A DNA stretch of 64,000 bases. Origin: an uncultured Acidobacteriota bacterium (GTDB lineage Bacteria > Acidobacteriota > Thermoanaerobaculia > UBA5066 > Gp7-AA6). Each line of letters begins with the position of its first letter. Within the stretch, counting starts at the first letter, position 1. The notes beneath the pieces were generated by a model. It was not told where the DNA came from and ran no database searches. It saw nothing but the letters and a program-made list of their open reading frames with translations. The stretch is taken from NCBI GenBank assembly GCA_963782815.1, contig CAWALG010000041.1:184310-248309 (forward strand). The letters are read 5' to 3'. Of this stretch, positions 9,745 to 20,772 are shown in pieces. The position numbers and the translations under genes are program-made.

Positions 9745-12700
9745 GGACGTCTTCCTCCTGGGAGTTCGATTTTCGAGACCCTATTGTTTCCGGAGTTGAT
9801 CACGTATAGCAAACGGTTCTTTCGGTCGATCGCGACGCCCGAGGGCCGGGAGAGCTCCTGGCCCCCGTCGTCGCGGTCATAGGTCTTCTTCAGCGCGCCC
9901 GAGGGCTCCATCTGGAGGAGGACATTCCGGGGCGGATTGGACACGTAGAGGGTTCCGTCGTCGTCGACGTCGAGCTGCGGCTCGACTCCCATTTTCCAGT
10001 CGGAGATCGGGATCTCCCGGACGAAGTGCCCGGCCGGGTCCAGGACCTGAATCCGGTGGTTTCCCGCGTCGGCGATGAAGAGGGAGCCGTCCCGGCCGGC
10101 CGCGATTCCCACGGGGTCGGAGAACTCCTCCGGTCCCGATCCGAAGCGGCCCAGGGTGCGCAGCTGCTTGAGCTCCCCGTCGAAAGCCACGAGGCGCTTG
10201 TTGCCGGTGTCGGTGACCCAGACCGTCCCGCCGGGGGCCACGGTGATGCCGCGAGGGCCGAAGAGGTCTCGCGCGGTCGCCTTCCACTTGCCGTCGAGGG
10301 TGAAGGCCTGGACGCGCCCGTTCCACGTGTCCGCCACGTAGACCGCGTCGTCCCGGATCGCCACAGCGCACGGCTCCCGAAGACCGAATGTGCCGCTGCC
10401 CCTGCCGCCCCATCCGCCCAGAGATCCGCCGACGGCGTCGAAGATTCTCAGCCGCGAGTTGCCGAAATCGGCCACCCAGATCCGGCCGCGGCCGTCCACG
10501 GCGGCTCCCCGAGGCTCCTTCATCCCCGAAAAAGGAGTCCCCCCCGCCTCGGCCTTGTCCCGGATGACCGGCTGCTCCTCCGGCTCATCCCCCGTATGCG
10601 CGGGCGCCTGAGGAGCCGCGACCGTTTCGTGGACCGGTGCGGTGATGACGTCCTGGGAGTCTCCGCCGACGACGCGGTAAACCTGGGCCTCCTGGTTGGC
10701 GTAGGCGGGTCGGAAGAGGCTGGAAGTGTTCTCGAACTTGCGCAGGCCCGCTCTCGGGTAGGTCTGCCGCTCGAGCCATCCGACGTAGACGTAGCCGACG
10801 TGGTAGCGGCGCAGCAGGCGTTCGACGCTCGCGCGATCGGCCGACGAGTAGATGTCCTGCACGGCCTGGCGTCGCGCGGCGACCTCCGTCTCGGGATTTC
10901 CGCGCTGCTTGACGTGATGTTCCCAGCCGAGGACCGTCGGGAACCCGGTCAGCATCGAGATCCGCGAGAACTCCTGGTAGGAGCCCCCCTGGGCCTCCAG
11001 GACGACGGGGGTCCCCGGGAGCGTTCGCCGCAGCCAGGCAACGGCGTGGTATTCGCCCGGGCGCAGTTTCTCGAGATAGGCAAGCCCGTCCAGGGAGGGC
11101 GCGCCGGGGCCCCCCTCCGGGCGCGAGGGATTGCCTTCGGCGAAGATGCCTCCCCGGGCTGCCGTGACCGACGTGAAGAGGCAGCACGCCAGCAGAAGAA
11201 CGAACACGCCCCGAAAGACCCCGGGCCAGTTCTCGAAGGACCCCGCGCGGTGGGACGAGCCGAAGACCAGGACGGCCGTGGAGATCGCGAGGAGAGGCCA
11301 GGCCTCGGCGTACAGCTTGAAGAACGTGTTCATCCGGTCGTAGATGAACATCCGCTGCGTGAAGAGCACGAGGAAGAATGCGGTCGCGAGAAAGCCGAGT
11401 GCCAGTCGATCCTCCGGCCGCTCCGCGAGCCAGGGGACCGCGAGGAGAAAGAGGAGGATGCCGGCGACGCAGAGGGCTTCCGCGGAGAAGGCCCCGGCCG
11501 CGAGCGCGAGCGGCGCGACCAGGAAGGCGAGCCGACGCGGCGCTTCGTTCGAGGTCCCCCGGGCCAGGCGCGCCGACGCGGAAACGGCCCACCAGGCAAG
11601 GCAGAGAAAGAAGAAGAGACCGAAGTGTGTCAGGACATCCACGCCTCGCGCGCCCCGCTCCGCGTTCCAGCCGAAACCGGGGGTGCCTCCCCCCCGGACC
11701 CAGAGCGGGCGGACGGCCGCCAGGGCCGCCGCGGCGGCCGCCAGGAAGGAAATTCCGGAGCTCACGAAGGCGAGGATGCGGGGCCGGGGATCCGAGAGGG
11801 CCGTCAACAGGAAGAGGAGGACGAAGAGGCCGGCCAGCAGGGGAACGTCCCACGCGTTGGTCAGGACCTGGGCCGCCGCGGCGAAACCCAGCACGAGCGC
11901 GCAGAGGATCCTCCGCGGCGCGCGGGAGGCCGGGTCCGCGTGCGCCCGGACGAGTTGTAACGCGCACGCCGCGACGAGGAGAAACAGGGGGAGAGCCAGC
12001 AGATGCGCGTGGAGATCGGCGAAGAGGAGGCTCCAGAGCGGGTACTCGTTGATCGTGTCGGGCACGACCCTCGAGGTGGCCCAGAAGTAGTGCCAGTCGA
12101 GGTGTCTCGGGCCCCCCTTCAGGCGCTGGTTGATCAGCCACTCGCGCAGCCCCGAGAGGTTGCCGAGCATCAGCGTGAACCCGAGTCCCGCCAGGCCGGC
12201 GCGCAGCCTCCCTCCCCAGTCGCGCGCGAGGCAGAACGCGCCCTGGGCGATCGTTCCCCCGAGGAGTCCGAACGCCAGGTTGAACGTGAAGCGGGTGGAC
12301 AGCGTGGTCAGGAGCGTCAGGAAGGCCACCATCTCCTGCCCGAAGACGTAGTAGCCCAGAGGCGCACCCGAAAACCAGGGATCGGAAGACGGAAGGGTGC
12401 GGCTGCGCACCAGGATGTTCAGGATCGAAAAATCCATCGGCTTCTCGCCCCAGTAGATCTCCGGGTTGAAGGAGCGCAGGCCGAGGAACAGAACGAACCC
12501 GAGGCCGAAGACGATCTCCCCGGCCAGGATCGCACGCCGGCGCCGCCGCCAGAACTCCGCCATCCTCCCGCCGCGCAGGAGAAGGCAGAGGGCGCTCGCG
12601 ATCGCCACGAGCGAGAGACTCGCCCAGCACACCAGGCTGCCCTGCGAGAACACGCGGTACCGGACGAGAAGTGTCGCCAGGAACGTGGAGAGCGCGAGAC

Positions 12701-13022
12701 CGAGCACTTTCGCGAACCCCGCGCCGCGGTCGTCCAGGTAAGGGAAGAGCGCGTAGGCGAGCGGGAGCGTGGCGATTCCGATGACGACGATCGCGAAGAG
12801 CCAGATCACGGCGGCCGCGAAAGAATTCACCGGCAGCTCGCGGAGGGGGCGCGGCGCGGGAGCCGGCTCGGGCGTGGTTCCCGTGTGCTGCGGCGCCGGG
12901 GCGGCCGGGCGAGTGACGCTGGCGGCCGGCGAAACGGCTCCGCCGCCGTCCGCCGCCGGCGCCGCGCCGACAGAGCCGAGGAGAAGGAGAAGGAGGAGCG
13001 CGCCTGTCAGGGTCAGGCGCAT
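9741..13022 (-). CDS. DUF2298 (chlor_Arch_YYY-like) large integral membrane protein fused to C-terminal NHL-repeat domain, intact 1093 aa
   Basis: Motifs EIYWGEKPMDFSILNIL, MNTFFKLYAEAWPLL, FPTVLGWEHHVKQRG typical of DUF2298. C-terminal 350 aa with 6 NHL repeats (GRIWVADFGNSRLRIFD, AVYVADTWNGRVQAF, TVWVTDTGNKRLVAFD, SLFIADAGNHRIQVLD...). 4-nt overlap with the downstream TIGR03663-like gene. Confidence 0.8.
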   Translation of the reverse strand: MRLTLTGALLLLLLLGSVGAAPAADGGGAVSPAASVTRPAAPAPQHTGTTPEPAPAPRPLRELPVNSFAAAVIWLFAIVVIGIATLPLAYALFPYLDDRGAGFAKVLGLALSTFLATLLVRYRVFSQGSLVCWASLSLVAIASALCLLLRGGRMAEFWRRRRRAILAGEIVFGLGFVLFLGLRSFNPEIYWGEKPMDFSILNILVRSRTLPSSDPWFSGAPLGYYVFGQEMVAFLTLLTTLSTRFTFNLAFGLLGGTIAQGAFCLARDWGGRLRAGLAGLGFTLMLGNLSGLREWLINQRLKGGPRHLDWHYFWATSRVVPDTINEYPLWSLLFADLHAHLLALPLFLLVAACALQLVRAHADPASRAPRRILCALVLGFAAAAQVLTNAWDVPLLAGLFVLLFLLTALSDPRPRILAFVSSGISFLAAAAAALAAVRPLWVRGGGTPGFGWNAERGARGVDVLTHFGLFFFLCLAWWAVSASARLARGTSNEAPRRLAFLVAPLALAAGAFSAEALCVAGILLFLLAVPWLAERPEDRLALGFLATAFFLVLFTQRMFIYDRMNTFFKLYAEAWPLLAISTAVLVFGSSHRAGSFENWPGVFRGVFVLLLACCLFTSVTAARGGIFAEGNPSRPEGGPGAPSLDGLAYLEKLRPGEYHAVAWLRRTLPGTPVVLEAQGGSYQEFSRISMLTGFPTVLGWEHHVKQRGNPETEVAARRQAVQDIYSSADRASVERLLRRYHVGYVYVGWLERQTYPRAGLRKFENTSSLFRPAYANQEAQVYRVVGGDSQDVITAPVHETVAAPQAPAHTGDEPEEQPVIRDKAEAGGTPFSGMKEPRGAAVDGRGRIWVADFGNSRLRIFDAVGGSLGGWGGRGSGTFGLREPCAVAIRDDAVYVADTWNGRVQAFTLDGKWKATARDLFGPRGITVAPGGTVWVTDTGNKRLVAFDGELKQLRTLGRFGSGPEEFSDPVGIAAGRDGSLFIADAGNHRIQVLDPAGHFVREIPISDWKMGVEPQLDVDDDGTLYVSNPPRNVLLQMEPSGALKKTYDRDDGGQELSRPSGVAIDRKNRLLYVINSGNNRVSKIELPGGRRP

Positions 13023-13257
13023 GCGTCCCGCAGGGTCCTCAACGAATTCTCGGTGGGTTCCAACTGGTTCTGCCCCGGCGACAGGCGAAACAGGAGCGGA
13101 GATGACTCGAGCAAGGCGCGCAAGCGGTCACCGAGGCACCTCCTGAGTATACGGGAGGACGTCTCAGCGGGGAAGTCCTCTCCCGGCGTCGCGCGAGCCG
13201 GTTCTTCGCCTGCCGAAACGCAATCACATTTCTGGTACCCTCCGAAGGAGAACAGCG

Positions 13258-15851
13258 ATGCAGCCGGAAGCGAGCCGAACCCGCTGGTGGTGGGGAATTC
13301 TGTTCCTGTTCGCCGTCTCCGTCCGGCTGTTCCGCGTGAACTGGGACCAGACCCACTTCTTTCATCCGGACGAGCGGGCCATCGGATTTGCCGTCGACCG
13401 CCTCTCCTTTTCTCCCCTGCAGCTGAATCCGCATTTCTTCGCCTACGGCTCCCTCCCCCTGTACCTGATCAAGGTCGTCACGGCGATCGCGGGGAACTTC
13501 CGACAGGCGCTTCGCGGCTACGACTCCAGCATCTTCGTCGGACGGGAAATCTCGGCGGTCCTCGGGGCGTTGACCGCTCTTCTCCTCGCGATGCTCGGCG
13601 CGCGCCTGTACGGACGGCGGGTCGGCTTGCTGGCCGGCGTCCTGATGGCCGCCGCGGTGCTTCACGTGCAGAACTCGCACTTCGCGACGAGCGACGTTCC
13701 GCTGACCTTCCTGATTCTGCTCGCGCTCTTCTTCCTGATTCGCGTCGCGGAAACGGGGAGGCTGCGGCACTATCTCGCCGCCGGGATCGCGGCGGGCCTC
13801 GCGATCGCGACGAAGTTCAGCGCCCTCCCGATCTTCCTCGCGATCGGGATCGCAATTCTCTACCGGTGGGTCGTCGAGGGACGCAGGTTCCGGACCGTCT
13901 TGAACGGAGGCCGCGCTCCTCCTCTTCGTCGCCGTGGGATTTGCCGCCGGCCAGCCGTACGCGATCCTCGACTTTCCCGCGTTCCGCAACGACATCCTCG
14001 AGCAGAGCCGGATGGTGCGCCACGCGGGGATCTTTCCGTACACGAACCAGTACATCGGCGTTCCGAAATATCTCTACGACCTCGGCCAGATGGTCCTCTG
14101 GGGGATGGGACCGCTGCTCGGCCTGGCGGCCGTGGCGGGGACCATCCGGTGCTGCGTGGACACAATCCGGAAGCGCCGGATCGCCGAGGTCCTCCTCCTC
14201 GCCTGGGTCCTGCCGTTCTTCGCGATCACCGGTTCCTTCGACGTGAAATTCCCCCGATACCTCCTTCCGATCTACCCGATGCTGATTCTCTGGGCCGCCG
14301 CCGGGCTGGCGGCCTGGGCAGGCCGGAGCCGGATCGGGAAACTGGCGGCCGCCGCCGTCCTCGTGGCGACCCTGGCGTGGCTGGCGGCCTTCCTGCGGAT
14401 CTACACGCGGCCCCACACGGTCGTCACGGCGTCGGAGTGGTTCTATCGGAACGTCCCGAGGGGGGCGAAGGTCGCCAGCCAGCACTGGGATGAAGGATTC
14501 CCCTTCCCTCTTCCGGGAGACAGGAATCCGGATCGGTACCACATCGAGAACCTGGGCTACTACGAGCCGGACACGCCGGAGAAGATGATGCAGATCTGCA
14601 GGGAACTGGCCGCCGCGGACTACGCCGTCTTCCAGACCAAGCGGATCTATGGCGCCGTCACCAGGGCGCCGGAGAAGTTTCCCCTGACGACGCGATACTT
14701 CTCCCGGCTCTTCGCCGGCGATCTCGGGTTCACGTTGACGAACGAGTTTGCATCCCGCCCCGGGCTCTTCGGAATCGAGGCGCCCGACGAGCTCGCGGAC
14801 GAGTCCTTCACGGTCTACGACCATCCGAAGGTCATCGTGTTCCGCAACACGGCGCACCTGCCGTCCGGCGTCATCCAGCAGCGAGTGCTCACCGGCGAGC
14901 CGTCTCGCCGCATGACCCGGCGCGACATCCTGCTGGCGAAGCCTTCACGGGGGCAGGCGATAGAGCCGGCCGGCGGGAATCCGGGCGAGGAGCCGGCTCC
15001 CACAGCAGCGGCGGTCGGAGACTCCCGTTCCCGCTCCCGCCGCCCCTGCCGAGGCGAGGCCTCTCGGGAAGCTCGACCAGCCGCGCGGGATCGCCTTCAA
15101 CCGGGCGGGCCATCTGCTGGTTTGCGATTTCGGCCAGGCGCGGATCCAGGAGTTCGACCAGGCTCTGAAGCCCGTGTCGGCATGGGGCCGGCCCGGAACG
15201 GGACCGGGCGAGTTCAAGGAGTTGGGCGCGGTCGCCGTCGCGCCGGAGGGAACGATCTACGTGGCCGACACCTGGAACAGCCGGGTCCAGGAATTCGACG
15301 CAGCGGGCAAGTTCCTGCGCGAGTGGAAGAGCGAGTTCTTCGCTCCGCGCGGCATCGCCGTCGGACCGGCCGGGCGGGTCTTCGTGTCCGACACGGGGAA
15401 CCACCGGATCGTCCGCTTTTCGGGGGAGGGCGCGAAGGAGAAGGAGTGGGGAGGCCGCGGCTCCGAGCCCGGCCAGTTCTTCGATCCGATGGGCCTCGCC
15501 GTGGCGGGCGACGGGAAGGTGTTCGTCTGCGACAACGGCAACGGGCGCCTGCAGATCTTCGACCAGGACGGCCGGCCGCTCTCGGCCTTCAAGGTGCCCG
15601 GCTGGAGGCGGGAGGTGTTCTCGGAACCGCAGGTCGCCCTGGACAAGGGGGGAACGCCGTGGGTCACGGTGCCGCTCGAGAAGGAAGTGCGCCACTACTC
15701 CCCGGATGGAACGCTCCTGAAGACGATCCGGAGCCAGGACGCCGATCACGCGAAATTCGAGCGGCCCATGGGGATCGCCGTCGCTCCCGCCGGCGACGCC
15801 GTGTTCATCTCCGACCTGGAGGGCGGACTCTACCGCTTGCCCGCGCGCTGA
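13258..15851 (+). CDS. GT39/ArnT-like (PMT-family) GT-C glycosyltransferase fused to C-terminal NHL-repeat domain; 2 frameshifts
   Basis: N-terminal TM region with FHPDERAIGF (the DE motif of the PMT/ArnT family) and ATKFSALPIFLAIG. Body in frame 2 from about 13910 (GFAAGQPYAILDFPAF...). NHL repeats from about 15050 in frame 0 (GHLLVCDFGQARIQEFD, TIYVADTWNSRVQEFD, RVFVSDTGNHRIVRF, KVFVCDNGNGRLQIFD). Confidence 0.65.
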
Positions 15852-15887
15852 CGCGCCTTCGACTCGGAGTTGCCCGCGATGCGGGCC

Positions 15888-18737
15888 TCACGGGATCAGC
15901 ATCCAGTCGAACGAGTGGCGGTACCAGCGCAACGCGTCGACAGTGCCCTCGGGCAGAGGCGGGCCGGGGACCGCGTCCGGCGGGGGGCGCAGCGCGGCCG
16001 GGGGCACGATCGATTCCCGCTGGCCCGGCGGCGTCCACATCCAGTCGATGCCCCCCGGACTGTGCACGACGCGGTACTTGAGCGCGACCTCGTGCGGGCC
16101 CTTCGGAAGCAGCACGGCGGGGCCGCGCTCGGTCTTCTCCTCGTCGCCCCGGGTCGTCCAGAGCGGCTGGCCGTCGAGCGTCATCGCCACCGTGCCGCCG
16201 TGCGTGCGAAACCCGAAGGAGTAGCTCCCGTCCGCCGGGGCGAGCAGCGTTCCACGCCAGGAGGCCGTCAACTCGCCGTCGAGGCCGACCTCCGAGCCGA
16301 GCGACATCGACGCGATGGTCGAGTCGAGCTGCCTGCGGTCGGGGCCGCTTGAACCGGAGTAGATACCGAGGAGCCCCTGGGGGGGGCCGTCCACGGCCCA
16401 CAGCTCCGAGGCGCTCGTCCGCCGCCACGCCTCTCCGGGCGCGTCTCCTTTCCACTCGAAGAGGGCGGGGCGTCCGGGCGCATCCACCGCCGCCTCGAAG
16501 ACGATTCGATGGTCGCCTCCAGGCAGACTGACGGTCGTCTCGGCGAAGGGGTCTCCCGGCGCCGCGCGCAGGATCTCGCGCCCGTCCACGCTCACGCGCC
16601 CGGCGGCGCGGAACGAGGCGTTTCCGTAGCTGCGCACGCGGAGCGCGGCGCTCCAGCGCATCGGCGCCGGGAAGCGCGTCCAGCCCTCCGGCGCGTCGCC
16701 GAGAGCCGCCACGCGGACGGCGCCCTTCCCGGCGGCCGAGACGAGGGCGCCGCGAAACGTCTCCCACCGGGCGAGCGGCACGCGGTACACCGTCACGACC
16801 TCCCCATCTCCCGGGATGCGGGCGTCGAAGCGGGTGCCGCCCGGATAGACCTGCTCGAGATAGGGAAGGTAGTAAGGCTGACCGCTGTAGAGAAGGAAGG
16901 AAAGATCCCGGTCGGCCGGGATCGGGAGCGGCAGATCGAGACCCGGCGCCGGCAGGCTGATGCGGTTGGCTCGCGGCGCCAGCAGTCTCACCCATCCGGA
17001 GTTCACCATGTGCGCGGAAGCGCCGAGCGTGATCGCCCAGCCGTTCTTTCCCTCGGCCGCGACCGTCTCGCCCTCGATTCGGTTCCACGGCCAGCGATCG
17101 GTCGCGGCGTAGGAACCGAAGTAGAAACCGAGCTGGCCGGCCGCGATGGCGACCGCGGCGCCGCCCGCGAGCACCGTGCCGAAGAGACGAGCCGGCTTCC
17201 CGGACCCTTCCGCGGCGGAGACGAGGCCGATCCGCCGCGCCGTCTCGTCGAGCACGAGTCCCGCGAGGAGACCGAGGACCGGGATCGCCGTGGCCATGCG
17301 GTGCATGTTCGGCGTTTCGACCGTTACGATCATGCCGACGAACCCGAGCCAGAACCAGAGCGCGAGGAGGAAGAGACGGGCGTCCCCCGCCTTCGCCATC
17401 GCGGCGAAGAGTCCCAGGAGCGTGAGCGCCGCGAGGACCGGCGGGAACAGCGGCCGTTCCGTCGGCCAGGTCAGGTTCTGGTCGAGGTAGCGGTTGAAGA
17501 AGCCGAGAGAGTGCTCGACCTGGGCGGCGAGGAGTCGCGGGGTGCTCCATTCCGGATGGAAGTAGGGGAGCCGGCGTGCGTTTTCCCGGATGAACACGGT
17601 CGTCTCCCTCGCGCGCAGGGTCAGCTCCTGCGGAAGGCGCACGAAAACGAGGAGAAACGGCGCGACGGCAAGCAAGGACGCGAACGCGGCGATCGCGAGG
17701 CCGCCGGCCGTGCGCGCGCGAGTGCCTTTCGGCCCGCGCAGCAGCAGCGACAGGCCGAACGGGATCGCGATCAAGCACCAGAGACGGCCCGTCGGGTAGA
17801 AGTAGATCGAAAGCCCCCCGGCCAGGCCCGCCACGATCCAGGCCCACGCGCGGCCGCGGCGCGCGGCCTCGAGGAAGGCCGCCGCGCTGATCGCCCAGAG
17901 CGTCTGCGTGGGTTGCGCTTCGGTCGTTATTCTCGAGAACTGAATTGCGGCGCCCATCGAGGCCAGCAGCCCGCCCGACAGCAGGCCGGCGCGCCAGCCG
18001 AAGTGCCGCGCCCCGAGAGCGATCACGATCGCGACCGTCACGACGCCGCACAGCGCGCCGAAGACCCTCGCGCCGCCGACGTCGAGGCCCGAGACGGACA
18101 TCACGGCGGCGAGCAGTCGGAAGTACACCATGCTGATGTGGTACCAGCCGAAGCCGAAGAGCCCGGTATGGTTGAGGCCGCGGACGATCTGCATCGCGGG
18201 CGCGGCGCGGTCGCCCTCGTCCGGGTTGATGCCGTACGGCACGCGCGCCAGGCCCACCAGCCGCGTGACCGCGGCGACCCCGATGATGACCGCGATCGCC
18301 GCGATCAAGGCGGTGCGGCCGGCCCGCGTCGTCGGGAAACGCGCCCGGCCCCACCGCGCGGGGATGTCCAGGCGCCCGCCGGCGAAGAGCCCGCCGAGGA
18401 GGACGAGGACCAGGCTCACGATCCACCAGCCCCCCGCCGCGCCCTGCCTGTCGCTCCAGAGGGCGCGCAGGCCGACGACGCAGGCGATCAGCGAGGCAAC
18501 AAGACCTCCGGCCAACGCGACGAGTCGCCAGGAGCCGCGCGCCGCCGACTCGCCGGCGAAGCCGGGCAACGGGAACGCCTCCGGCGCGAACACCACCGCG
18601 GCGGCGATGTAGAGCGCCAGGCTCGTCCAGAAGGAGTGGCCGGTGCGGATCACCGCTTCCGCCGCGCCGGCCAGGAGCAGCGCGAAAATACACGCGGCCA
18701 GAGGCCGGAAGCGGCGCGCCGCAGTCGAGGACGTCAC
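15888..18737 (-). CDS. GT39/ArnT-like GT-C glycosyltransferase with C-terminal PA14-like domain, intact 949 aa
   Basis: About 550 aa polytopic N-terminus (INPDEGDRA, GLFGFGWYHISMVYF, many TM helices) and a C-terminal soluble domain GLLGIYSGSS...LTASWRGTLLAPADGSYSFGFRTHGGTVAMTLDGQPLWTT resembling PA14/GLEYA. Confidence 0.7.
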   Translation of the reverse strand: MTSSTAARRFRPLAACIFALLLAGAAEAVIRTGHSFWTSLALYIAAAVVFAPEAFPLPGFAGESAARGSWRLVALAGGLVASLIACVVGLRALWSDRQGAAGGWWIVSLVLVLLGGLFAGGRLDIPARWGRARFPTTRAGRTALIAAIAVIIGVAAVTRLVGLARVPYGINPDEGDRAAPAMQIVRGLNHTGLFGFGWYHISMVYFRLLAAVMSVSGLDVGGARVFGALCGVVTVAIVIALGARHFGWRAGLLSGGLLASMGAAIQFSRITTEAQPTQTLWAISAAAFLEAARRGRAWAWIVAGLAGGLSIYFYPTGRLWCLIAIPFGLSLLLRGPKGTRARTAGGLAIAAFASLLAVAPFLLVFVRLPQELTLRARETTVFIRENARRLPYFHPEWSTPRLLAAQVEHSLGFFNRYLDQNLTWPTERPLFPPVLAALTLLGLFAAMAKAGDARLFLLALWFWLGFVGMIVTVETPNMHRMATAIPVLGLLAGLVLDETARRIGLVSAAEGSGKPARLFGTVLAGGAAVAIAAGQLGFYFGSYAATDRWPWNRIEGETVAAEGKNGWAITLGASAHMVNSGWVRLLAPRANRISLPAPGLDLPLPIPADRDLSFLLYSGQPYYLPYLEQVYPGGTRFDARIPGDGEVVTVYRVPLARWETFRGALVSAAGKGAVRVAALGDAPEGWTRFPAPMRWSAALRVRSYGNASFRAAGRVSVDGREILRAAPGDPFAETTVSLPGGDHRIVFEAAVDAPGRPALFEWKGDAPGEAWRRTSASELWAVDGPPQGLLGIYSGSSGPDRRQLDSTIASMSLGSEVGLDGELTASWRGTLLAPADGSYSFGFRTHGGTVAMTLDGQPLWTTRGDEEKTERGPAVLLPKGPHEVALKYRVVHSPGGIDWMWTPPGQRESIVPPAALRPPPDAVPGPPLPEGTVDALRWYRHSFDWMLIP

Positions 18738-18799
18738 GGCGCGGTCAAGTTAGCACACCCCGTTCCGAGGAGACGTCTCCCGCCCGCGAGTCTCCGTCT

Positions 18800-20753
18800 T
18801 CAGGGCCGCCGGAAAATGTAGAACGCGATCTCTCCCGGGGCGTTTGCCGGATGGGACTCGATGACGGCATCGGGGAACCGCGACCGGAGGGCCGCCACGA
18901 TCGAGTCCTTGTCCGGAGAGAGAACGAGCGTCCTGGAGGGATCGAAATGGCCCTGCTCGACCTGCGCGGGGTCCAGATCTCCGACGAGCTGTCCCGGCGC
19001 GAGGAAGCGGAACTCACGGTTGAGCGCCCACCAGTACGGCACCCCGACGGAATACGCATGAAACTCGGGCCGCGCCGCGAGGTACCGCGCCAGGTGTCCG
19101 GCGCTCGTGGCCCAGCTCCTGAAACTCTTCTCGTACCAGGTCCAGTTCGCAAGGCCGGTCAGCGTGAACGCGATCCCCAGGGCAACGCCCGGCACGAGCC
19201 GGCCCAGCCGGTCTTTTGTCTGAAAAGAGCGCCTCGACCGAGGCAGAGAGGCGCTCGAGAGCCACGCCGCCCAGAAGCGCCGCGGGGACGACGAGAATCA
19301 CCAGGCGTGGAAAGAACGGAGCATTGATCGTCAGAAAGCAGCCGAGGAAGAGGATCATCAGGAGCCAGCCCAGGGAGAGCGCGCTGCCGAGCCGGCGCAA
19401 GGTGAAAAGGGCATAGCCGATCCCGAGAGCCAGTGCCATGGCGCTGAAGTCGTCCAGGAACGCCCGCCGGGCTCCAAACTGAGTGCTGGCGTCCGTATAG
19501 GTCCAGAACAGGAGGGCGCTTCGCCGGGCCTGCTGGGCGAGCACGCCGGCGAGCGACGTCACCTTGTAACCGGACTCCATGTGATGAAGGGGGTCCGGGG
19601 TGAACACGAGCACCTCTCGACTGCGGCTGACGAAGGCTTCGCGGTCGCGTACGAAGAGGAAGAGCATCGGCCCCAGCACGATGACGATCGCGAGAGCCAG
19701 CAGAACGAGTTCGCGCCATCGGGAAAGGAGCCACTCGCGGCTCCTGCATACGATGAGCAGGACGGCCATCGCGGCGAGGAATACGACGGCGCGACCCGAG
19801 TAATACATCTCCAGGTCGAACGCGATGAGCGCGCCGCTCGCCACCGCCGCCAGGCCGCTGCCGGACCTCAAGGCGCGCACGAGCAGATACAACGCCCAGA
19901 CCGTGAAGAAGACCGGATCGATGTATGCGCAAGTCCGGCTGAAATGGAGGTGCGTGTACGAAATCGTCATCAGGGCCGCCGCCAGAACACCTGCTCGAGG
20001 ACCGAAGAGGTCGCGGCCCAGGAGGTAGACGGCGACGATCACCAGCAGGCCCTCGATCACCCCCGCCAGGTAGAGGCCGGTGAGACCCGTTCCCGCGATC
20101 TTCATAGTCAGGGCCGCGGGCATGAATCCCATCAACGGAATGACCGCCCAGCCGTACGCAAACAGGTGTTTCTCCTCGCCGAGAGCGATCGCGCGCGCCT
20201 GCAAGCCGAAGTCGGCGTAGTCCCCGTCGAGGTTGTAAGGCAAAGTGCCGAGGTGATACATACGGCTGGCGAGCGCCACGGCGAAGAGCAGGACGAGAAC
20301 CGCGGCCTGGACCCTCCCGCCGGTGACCCGCTCGTGCTGACCTCGTGAGCGCCACTGGCCGACGAAGAGCGCGAGAACGCTCACGAGCCAGGCGGCATCG
20401 ACAACGCGGTCCTCTTGCGTCTTTACGAAGCGAAGCATCGCGTAAGCGGCCGAGAGCAGGCTCAGGAGCGTCCAGGAGGACGTCCATATGTCGAGCCGTG
20501 TGCGCGATCGGGGCGGCCTCGCCGGGATATCGAGGGCCGCTTCCGGAGACGCCGGCTGGCGGGCGAGCGCGCCAAAGAGGAGAGCCGCGGCCAGGAGCGT
20601 CAATCCGCCGGAGAGGTGCCAGCGCGCCTGACCGAGCCTGGAGGTGTGTTGAACCAGGCGGGCACCGGCGATCGCGATGGGAATGGCCGCGAGCATCCCG
20701 GCGACCCGAAGAAGCGAAGGGCGCGAATCCGTCACGGGAGTTATGGGAGACAC
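18800..20753 (-). CDS. GT39/ArnT-like GT-C glycosyltransferase paralog; 1 frameshift near 19200
   Basis: N-terminal 530 aa in frame of 20753 (LGTLPYNLDGDYADFGLQARAIALGEEKHLFAYGW...), C-terminal 130 aa in ORF 18800..19195 (VGVPYWWALNREFRFLAPGQ...). Confidence 0.6.
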
Positions 20754-20772
20754 GCGGTCATTCGATGGGAGC

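Noticed and set aside
10585-12630. 681-aa minus-strand ORF and 644-aa plus-strand ORF (10026..11960) overlapping the DUF2298-NHL gene
   Set aside because: Both are alternative-frame or antisense shadows (RGRP-rich). The 9741..13022 frame carries all recognisable motifs.
12003-14246. 747-aa plus-strand ORF
   Set aside because: Antisense or out-of-frame over the DUF2298 gene start and GT39 gene. Composition is dominated by R, E, G, P runs.
16509-18821. 770-aa plus-strand ORF and 962-aa ORF 15805..18693
   Set aside because: Shadows of the GT39-PA14 gene. Only the 15888..18737 frame gives TM helices and the PA14-like domain.
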